The notes beneath the pieces are model-generated. The model ran no database searches. It was given only the letters and a program-made list of their open reading frames with translations, and was not told the origin of the DNA. From sequence record SRR31156797_2006: DNA of 44,014 nucleotides. One strand, given 5' to 3'. A program made the translations under genes and the position numbers. Within the stretch, counting starts at the first letter, position 1; every line of letters begins with the position of its first letter. This document shows, in pieces, positions 37,381-44,014 of the stretch.

Positions 37381-38948
37381 TGCTCCGGTTTTAATAAGTC
37401 GTTTACGGTTTTTACCGGAGAAAAGGTGCTTAGGGGTACTTCAACAAAAATGGTCGTCCAGTCGGCCATAGCGCCGTTCCAGAGTCCGGGCAATTCCATT
37501 GCTTTAAGTTCTTTCCCGTCTTTTGATTTTACTGAGATGAAGCCGGAATCCTTATCTATTCTCTCAAGCAGGTTGAAGGAGTTGCCCTCATAATCGCGCA
37601 GCCCGCAGATGATATCCACCGGGTTGAAGTGTGTGGCTTTGGACATGCATGCAGCCTGATCCGGCTTACTCAGATCGACCTGACTTTTTTCCACGATCTG
37701 AGGTGCCGGAATGCCATCCGGTCCGGTTACCCAAAAAGGTCCACCTCCGGGTTCTCCCGTGTTCTCAACCATTCCGCAAATCCTGATTGGGCGGTTTAAT
37801 TTTGAAAGCAGCCATGTAGATTTTTCATTGTCTGCCATGTTGTTGTATTCAGCAGGCAGTGAGATGGAAAGGCGGTCGGTTATGAATTTTTCTGTTTGCC
37901 CCAGTTCTTCTGCCTTCTGTTTGATCTTGCGAATATGTTCGAATATTTCTTCTTGTAATTGTACCAGCAACCCGCCGAGAACCTGTTTATTTTCGATAGT
38001 GTCTTTTTTCAGGTGGTCCGGAGCTACGTTGTCTATATTTTTCAGAAAGACAATGTCACCTTCAAGTTCATTTAAGTTTATCAGCAGGGCTCCATGTCCG
38101 GCAGGCCTGAAGAGCAGTCTGTCATCACTTGTGCGGAATCCTTCGCCGCCGAGGTCCACTGCGATTGTATTGGTCTGCTTACTCTGTTCCGAGTATGAAA
38201 TATGAAATTCTGTTTCCGGGTAGCGCTTCAAAGTTTGGGAGACGTGCTCCATAATTCTTTCCCTGTGTTCGGGAGACACTGTGAAGTGGGCACGGACTTT
38301 ATTATTCTCATCTCTGGCATATTCAATGGATTCAACAATATGCTCTGCAAAGGGAGTGCGGGAATGTTCAGGGTAGCTGTGGAACGGGATCAATCCTTTA
38401 GGCAGATTGCCATACCCCAGACCTTCCGGGCTGAGTACATAGTGCAGAATAGTCCTGAAATCCATGTTCCGGCAGGCTTCTTTAATATCAATTCCGTTGT
38501 TAGCCATTATTTTATTTAGCTCATCATAAAAAGCGAATTTTTGCAGTGCCCCAATAAAAGTACGGCAGAAGGCGACGTTCTCATCTCTGCTATCGAGATT
38601 GGATATTTCATTTTCAGCAGAGTTGTAGACAGCCAGCAGGGACTTGAACATGCGCGTTGCTGCTCCTGAGGCCGGGACAAATTTTGTTATCCGGCCTTCC
38701 TGAACGGCCTGTTTGTATGCTGCCAGCAGACGTGGGCGGTCTGCATCTTCAATGATGGTTATGCCATCACCGGGAGTGCATGGCCTGAGCAGCGGAGTGC
38801 TTGGAAAACCTGAACGGAATCTTTGGATCTGTTCAACTATAGTCTCTTCCGCAACTCCGCTGTCGATAATCTGTTGAATAACTTTTTCAGCTTCTTTAAG
38901 TAGCGTTTCTAAGTCTTCTCTGCTGTTTTTCCTGTTTGATGATTTCAT
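37365..38948 (-). CDS. DUF4301 family protein (putative nucleotidyltransferase fold)
   Basis: KFVPASGAATRMFK, PKGLIPFH.Y, FRPAGHGAL, KNIDNV, NRPIRICGMV.N.GEPGGGPFW, ELPGLWNGAM and FSPVKTVNDLL. Confidence 0.85.
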   Translation of the reverse strand: MKSSNRKNSREDLETLLKEAEKVIQQIIDSGVAEETIVEQIQRFRSGFPSTPLLRPCTPGDGITIIEDADRPRLLAAYKQAVQEGRITKFVPASGAATRMFKSLLAVYNSAENEISNLDSRDENVAFCRTFIGALQKFAFYDELNKIMANNGIDIKEACRNMDFRTILHYVLSPEGLGYGNLPKGLIPFHSYPEHSRTPFAEHIVESIEYARDENNKVRAHFTVSPEHRERIMEHVSQTLKRYPETEFHISYSEQSKQTNTIAVDLGGEGFRTSDDRLLFRPAGHGALLINLNELEGDIVFLKNIDNVAPDHLKKDTIENKQVLGGLLVQLQEEIFEHIRKIKQKAEELGQTEKFITDRLSISLPAEYNNMADNEKSTWLLSKLNRPIRICGMVENTGEPGGGPFWVTGPDGIPAPQIVEKSQVDLSKPDQAACMSKATHFNPVDIICGLRDYEGNSFNLLERIDKDSGFISVKSKDGKELKAMELPGLWNGAMADWTTIFVEVPLSTFSPVKTVNDLLKPEHQPAS

Positions 38949-39159
38949 CTTGTTCTCTCCTGCACTGGAATCTGTTCAGATAGCGTTATTAATATATCAG
39001 GAATTTAGTTTGATTACTGTGCTTATAACATCTTGTGAGAAAGCATGCCATAATTGCCGGAGAAATTAATCGGCTTTTTCTAGATGCATAGATTTCAAGT
39101 GGATTTAGGACCTTCAAGCTGTTATCCTAGGCCTAATCCCCGTAGCCGTAGGAGGAGTC

Positions 39160-41622
39160 ATGAAAAGAAGCAGTTTCAAGGTCCAAAAGAAAAATGATCG
39201 CAAGAGCCTTACTGAGGACATCAGGAATCATGTAATTTATTCTCTAAGTAAGGAAGTTAAGGACGCCAGCGAGTGGGATGCCGGAAAGGCCCTTGCTCTG
39301 GCCTTACGAGACAGGCTGGTGGAACGGATGATTGAGACCCGTGACCGCTATCGCAAGGTTAAAGCCAAGCGCATGTATTACTTTTCCATTGAGTATCTGC
39401 TGGGCCGTTGTCTTGGTAACTCTCTGTGCAATATGGAACTTCTTGATCTCTGTGAGGACATATTCAAGGACCTCGGATACGATCTGGATGAAGTCCGGGC
39501 AAGTGAGCGTGACCCTGCTCTTGGTAACGGGGGGCTGGGCAGACTGGCGGCCTGTTTTCTTGATTCTCTGGCTACTCTCGATCTGCCCGGTTGCGGTTAC
39601 GGGATTCATTACGAGTATGGCTTGTTCCGGCAGTCCATCCATAATGGTTATCAAAAGGAACTTGCCGATTATTGGATGAAGGAGGGCATGCCCTTGCAGA
39701 TTGCCCGTCCGGACCAGTCAGTTATTGTTCCTCTTTACGGAAGGGTGGAAAGTGCGGTTACTCCCAGTGGGGAATATCTGCCCATGTGGGTGGACTGGGA
39801 TGATATTATCGGAGTTCCTTACGACATTCCCGTGGTCGGTTACGGTGGAAAGACTGTAAATTATTTGCGTTTATTTGCAGCCAGGGCTTCTGAAAATTTT
39901 GACATGGCTATCTTCAACCACGGCGATTACATCAGGGCCGTGCAACGTAAGATTGAATCAGAAATGGTTTCCAAGGTTCTTTACCCAACGGAATCTGTCT
40001 CTTTCGGTAAAGAATTACGGCTGGTTCAGGAATATTTTCTTGTTGCCTGCGGATTGCGGGATATCACTCGTAGGTTTCTTGCCCAGAATAAGAATTTTGA
40101 AGAGTTTGCCGAATATGTTGCCATTCAGCTTAACGATACCCATCCGGCCCTGACTGTTGTCGAGTTGATGCGTTATCTTGTGGATGAAAGACGTATTGAA
40201 TGGGAGAAAGCGTGGGAAATAACCAGCGCTACCTGCGCTTACACTAACCACACCCTGCTCCCGGAAGCTTTGGAGCTGTGGTCGGTTTCCTTGATTGAAA
40301 AGGTTCTGCCGCGTCATTTGCAGATCATCTATGAAATCAACAGCCGTTTCCTGAGAAAGGTGGAGGCCAAATATCCTGACGATAATGAAAAACTGCGGCG
40401 CATGTCTCTGATTTGTGAGGAGGGAACCAAGAAGGTGCGCATGGCCAATCTTGCGGTGGTCGGTTCCCACTCGATTAACGGTGTCTCCGAATTACATTCC
40501 GAATTGGTCAAAACCCGTTTGTTTCCTGATTTTTATGAGTTTACCCCGAAAAAATTCAACAATAAGACCAACGGGGTGACCCCGCGCCGTTGGATGCTTA
40601 AGGCCAACCCCGCGCTTTCAGCATTGCTTACTGATACTCTTGGAGATGGTTGGATCACTGATTTGAATGAACTGCACAAGCTGGAAGAGTATATCAATGA
40701 TAGTGAATTCCGGTCCCGGTTCATGGAAGCAAAGCGGAATAACAAGATTAAGTTGGCTAATTTTATGAATGCCACTTTGGACGTTAATATCCCGCCGGAG
40801 GCAATCTTTGATATTCAGGCCAAGCGTATTCATGAATACAAGCGGCAGTTGCTGAATGTTCTGCACGTAATGCATCTCTATCTTGAGCTGGTGGACAATG
40901 AGGTTGAACCTTCCTGTGCTCGGGCCTTTATCTTCGCGGGTAAGGCTGCCCCCGGTTATTGGGAGGCCAAGCAGATTATCAAGCTGATCCATTGCGTGGC
41001 CAATGTGGTCAATAATGATCCGCGAACTGAAGGGATGCTCAATGTTGCTTTTCTGCCTGATTATCGTGTCTCCCTCGCGGAGAAGATTATTCCCGCTTGC
41101 GATGTAAGTGAGCAGATTTCAACAGCCGGAACCGAGGCTTCAGGAACCGGAAACATGAAATTTTCTATGAACGGAGCTTTAACTGTTGGAACTTATGATG
41201 GTGCTAATATTGAGATGCTGGAAGAAGTGGGAGAAGATAATTTCTATCTTTTTGGACTGAAGCAGGAAGAGGTTGAAAAAGCCTTGCGCGAGGGGACTTA
41301 TCATCCCCGAGAAATCTATAACCATAGCCCTGAAATCCGGCAGGTTTTTACCGCTTTACTGGAAAATAGATTCTCACCGAATGAACCGGATCTGTTCCGC
41401 TGGCTGGTCGATAAATTGCTTACTGATAATGAGCAGTATATGCATTTGGCTGATTTTAAATCATACAGTGAAGCACAGAAGAGGATCGACAAGGATTATG
41501 CTGAAAGGGAAATATGGTCTGCTAAGGCCATTTTGAATACCGCACGTATGGGTAAATTCTCCACTGACCGGACCATGCAGGAATATGCAAAAGACATCTG
41601 GAATATTAAGGCTGTGAAGTAA
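39160..41622 (+). CDS. glgP: Glycogen/starch/alpha-glucan phosphorylase
   Basis: LGNGGLGRLAACFLDS, QLNDTHP, NKTNGVTPRRW, KRIHEYKRQ and EASGTGNMK (PLP Lys). Confidence 0.98.
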   Translation: MKRSSFKVQKKNDRKSLTEDIRNHVIYSLSKEVKDASEWDAGKALALALRDRLVERMIETRDRYRKVKAKRMYYFSIEYLLGRCLGNSLCNMELLDLCEDIFKDLGYDLDEVRASERDPALGNGGLGRLAACFLDSLATLDLPGCGYGIHYEYGLFRQSIHNGYQKELADYWMKEGMPLQIARPDQSVIVPLYGRVESAVTPSGEYLPMWVDWDDIIGVPYDIPVVGYGGKTVNYLRLFAARASENFDMAIFNHGDYIRAVQRKIESEMVSKVLYPTESVSFGKELRLVQEYFLVACGLRDITRRFLAQNKNFEEFAEYVAIQLNDTHPALTVVELMRYLVDERRIEWEKAWEITSATCAYTNHTLLPEALELWSVSLIEKVLPRHLQIIYEINSRFLRKVEAKYPDDNEKLRRMSLICEEGTKKVRMANLAVVGSHSINGVSELHSELVKTRLFPDFYEFTPKKFNNKTNGVTPRRWMLKANPALSALLTDTLGDGWITDLNELHKLEEYINDSEFRSRFMEAKRNNKIKLANFMNATLDVNIPPEAIFDIQAKRIHEYKRQLLNVLHVMHLYLELVDNEVEPSCARAFIFAGKAAPGYWEAKQIIKLIHCVANVVNNDPRTEGMLNVAFLPDYRVSLAEKIIPACDVSEQISTAGTEASGTGNMKFSMNGALTVGTYDGANIEMLEEVGEDNFYLFGLKQEEVEKALREGTYHPREIYNHSPEIRQVFTALLENRFSPNEPDLFRWLVDKLLTDNEQYMHLADFKSYSEAQKRIDKDYAEREIWSAKAILNTARMGKFSTDRTMQEYAKDIWNIKAVK

Positions 41623-41623
41623 T

Positions 41624-41655
41624 AAAAAAAGGACCGGGTTTCCGGTCCTTTTTTT
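41624..41655. terminator. Bidirectional terminator
   Basis: AAAAAAAGGACCGG-GTTT-CCGGTCCTTTTTTT. Confidence 0.88.
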
Positions 41656-41995
41656 ATTTAACTTTCTTCAGGCGAACGGCTGTGCCATAGCAGGAATAGA
41701 ATTTGTCGCCTTCAGGGTGGAATGAGACAGATTCTCTGTAGCCTACAATCGCATCGGCATTGGCATCAATTGCCTGCGCGATGAGGCCGTAGAATGCGTT
41801 GTCGAAGTTATAGCTTCGGCAGACTATCAGACCGAATGTTCCAAGGACTTCCCTGTTGGGGACATCTTCGGTGGTCACAATTTTTACTTTTCCGCCCAGA
41901 TAAAGATTGCGGGCCATATCAAGACGCTGATCTTTTTTAGCATCTTCAATGGTTCTGCTTGTTTTGCGGTTGGGGCTTCCGAACATTAACGCCAT
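41654..41995 (-). CDS. YbjQ/UPF0145-like small protein
   Basis: IVTTEDVPNREV..TFGLI, A....ADAIVG.R and YGTAVRL. Confidence 0.7.
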   Translation of the reverse strand: MALMFGSPNRKTSRTIEDAKKDQRLDMARNLYLGGKVKIVTTEDVPNREVLGTFGLIVCRSYNFDNAFYGLIAQAIDANADAIVGYRESVSFHPEGDKFYSCYGTAVRLKKVK

Positions 41996-42096
41996 ATTAA
42001 AAATCCTTTTTTACAGTCGATATTGATTGATGATTTCTGCCTCAAATATGAATTTATTTCAACTGAATGAATGTACTGTGTTTTGATACTGAGGTT

Positions 42097-44013
42097 TTAG
42101 TCAAAACCTATTTCAAGGAGGGAGATCTCCTTGTAAAGCAAATCCAGTTTTTCAGTTGTCTTTTCTAGTGCAAGCTCTGCATCTTCCTTCAGATCTGATT
42201 TACAGGTTTTCTCCAGTTCAAGGGCGGCCATAGCCAATTCGCCTGCAGAGATGTTTGCGGCTGACCCTTTTAAGGTGTGTGCTTTGTCTCCAGCTTCCTT
42301 GAGTTGGTCGGCTTGAAGCAGCTTTTGTATCTCTGAACTGAAGTCGATGTTGTAATCCCTGAAGTTGCGCAGGATGCTGACCAGAATTCCCATATCTCCA
42401 CCAATGCGTTCCAGAACCTCGGAAATATTTATCTCATGGTAATGAGTATTATCCTCTGGTGGGGTGGATGTTACTTCTTGCGGATTTGCCACCTCAGGCT
42501 GTTTAGTTTTTTGATCCTGTTTCAGGTGATTGCGAATGATGCTGATCATCTGTTCTTTATCAATAGGTTTAGGTATATAGTCATCCATGCCTGCAGCAAT
42601 ACATTTTTCTTTGTCCCCACGCATGGCGTGGGCTGTCATGGCGATAATCGGCAGGTCTTTCATTTTAAGATCATTGCGGATTGTGGTTGTTGCTTCGTAG
42701 CCATCCATTTCCGGCATTTGAATATCCATAAGAACGATGTCATAGCCAGCTTCCTGAACCATTCTTACAGCTTCAGCTCCGTTAGGGGCTGAAACAATTT
42801 CAATCCCGGTGGGTTCCAGTATCTGTTCGGCCACTTGCTGGTTGATGGGATTGTCTTCTACAAGAAGCATCCTGAAGGATTTGAATTCATTCTCCACAGG
42901 TTTTGACGGTTCGTAAGAATATTCTTTGGGAACATCATAGCCGAAAGTTTCCATGATGGAATTGAACAGGGTGGATTGTTTGAGCGGTTTACTGATCATC
43001 CTGTTGATTTGAGCATTTTGGGCTTTTGTCAGTGCGGTATTAAGCTCTGTTGCGGTGATCATCAGTATAGGGAGTTTTTCTTTGCTGTATGTCTTGCGGA
43101 TTTCAATACTTGCCTCGTCTCCGTTCATGCCGGGCAGTTTGAGGTCAATGATAAGCAGTTTGAACTGGTCTTCCTTTTTTTCTTCAATAAGCTTGATGGC
43201 TTCTTCCGCATTGGCAACGCTGGTGGGCTGGAAACCGAATTGTTTGAGATAGCGTACCAGCACGCTGCGGACCGCAAAGTTGTCGTCTGCCACCAGAACT
43301 GGCTTATTCTTCAGTTCTGGAGGAATTTCAAAGTCCACTAGGGATGTTTCCACCGCGACATTAGGAGTAATAGTGAAGAAAAAAGTGCTGCCGTCTTCCG
43401 GTCTGCTGCGGAACCAGATATTTCCGCCCATGAGGTTAACAATGCGTTTGGAGATGGAAAGCCCCAACCCAGTTCCTCCATATTTACGGGTAGTGGAGCC
43501 GTCAGCCTGCTTGAAAGCTTCAAAAAGATGGGGTTGCACATCCTCAGGGATCCCAATCCCCGTATCCTTGATGGCAAATACAATTTCAGATTTTGTGGCG
43601 TTTATCTGGTCGGCGGAAACAGTTACGATGATTTCGCCTTTGTTGGTAAATTTAAATGCGTTGGCTGTTATGTTGACCAGAACCTGACGCAGCCGCAAGG
43701 GGTCTCCGATAATGCGCTGCGGTACGTCGGGGCGGATGTCAATTACCAGTTCCGTCTGGGAGGCTACCATTTGTTCTACAAAAAGATCGCTGATGTCGTG
43801 GATGAGCTGGTGCAGGTTAAAATTAACCTCTTCGAGGCTGAGCTTCCCGGCTTCGATTTTTGAGAAGTCGAGAATATCATTTATGAGCCGCAGCAGGACT
43901 TTACCCGAACTGATGATAATTTTTATGAATTCACGTTGTTTAGAGGAAAGGTTGGTTTCCATGGTTAGGTCTGCCATTCCGATGATGGCGTTCATGGGGG
44001 TGCGGATTTCATG
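42097..44013 (-). CDS. Hybrid sensor histidine kinase (HisKA-HATPase-REC-REC-HPt), 5'-truncated by the window edge
   Basis: HEIRTPMNAIIG at the edge, DILDFSKIEAG, GDPLRLRQVL, DTGIGI, GGTGLGL, two receivers and AHTLKGSAAN HPt. Confidence 0.96.
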   Translation of the reverse strand, partial: HEIRTPMNAIIGMADLTMETNLSSKQREFIKIIISSGKVLLRLINDILDFSKIEAGKLSLEEVNFNLHQLIHDISDLFVEQMVASQTELVIDIRPDVPQRIIGDPLRLRQVLVNITANAFKFTNKGEIIVTVSADQINATKSEIVFAIKDTGIGIPEDVQPHLFEAFKQADGSTTRKYGGTGLGLSISKRIVNLMGGNIWFRSRPEDGSTFFFTITPNVAVETSLVDFEIPPELKNKPVLVADDNFAVRSVLVRYLKQFGFQPTSVANAEEAIKLIEEKKEDQFKLLIIDLKLPGMNGDEASIEIRKTYSKEKLPILMITATELNTALTKAQNAQINRMISKPLKQSTLFNSIMETFGYDVPKEYSYEPSKPVENEFKSFRMLLVEDNPINQQVAEQILEPTGIEIVSAPNGAEAVRMVQEAGYDIVLMDIQMPEMDGYEATTTIRNDLKMKDLPIIAMTAHAMRGDKEKCIAAGMDDYIPKPIDKEQMISIIRNHLKQDQKTKQPEVANPQEVTSTPPEDNTHYHEINISEVLERIGGDMGILVSILRNFRDYNIDFSSEIQKLLQADQLKEAGDKAHTLKGSAANISAGELAMAALELEKTCKSDLKEDAELALEKTTEKLDLLYKEISLLEIGFD

Positions 44014-44014
44014 G

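Noticed and set aside
1-44014. CRISPR array, rRNA, prophage or defence operon
   Set aside because: No regularly spaced repeats, and no cas, phage structural, integrase or recognisable defence genes were seen.

Overview
A 44-kb, mostly core-genome window from a Desulfovibrionaceae-like sulfate reducer; the taxon is inferred from gene content and style, and it resembles Maridesulfovibrio. In order: the end of a polar amino-acid ABC operon with a glycerophosphodiester phosphodiesterase, a sigma54-preceded helical-repeat orphan, a DAACS symporter, a DUF3108/beta-barrel pair, fadD, an Fe-S protein behind tRNA-Val(GAC), MerR, AsmA, a Mor-like HTH protein, kbl-tdh with Lrp, a sensor kinase, an MCP, GntR, a BON lipoprotein, a CgeB-like glycosyltransferase, rlmE-yebC-ruvCAB, a W/Mo-cofactor and formate dehydrogenase maturation cluster (fdhD, fdhE, moaA, divergent tupABC), DUF4301, glgP and a hybrid kinase. 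The best candidate for an undescribed system is an IS1595-type transposase-derived gene. It appears to have lost catalytic residues and element ends and overlaps moaA as the last gene of the fdhE-moaA unit, so it may be a domesticated regulator. Other leads are an effector-like sigma54 orphan flanked by two related terminators, an Fe-S gene bracketed by a duplicated tRNA-trailer hairpin, a lone Mor-like activator, and eukaryote-type UDP-sugar pyrophosphorylase motifs in DUF4301 divergent from glgP. I saw no CRISPR array, rRNA or intact mobile element. All family calls come from motif recognition by eye, not database searches.
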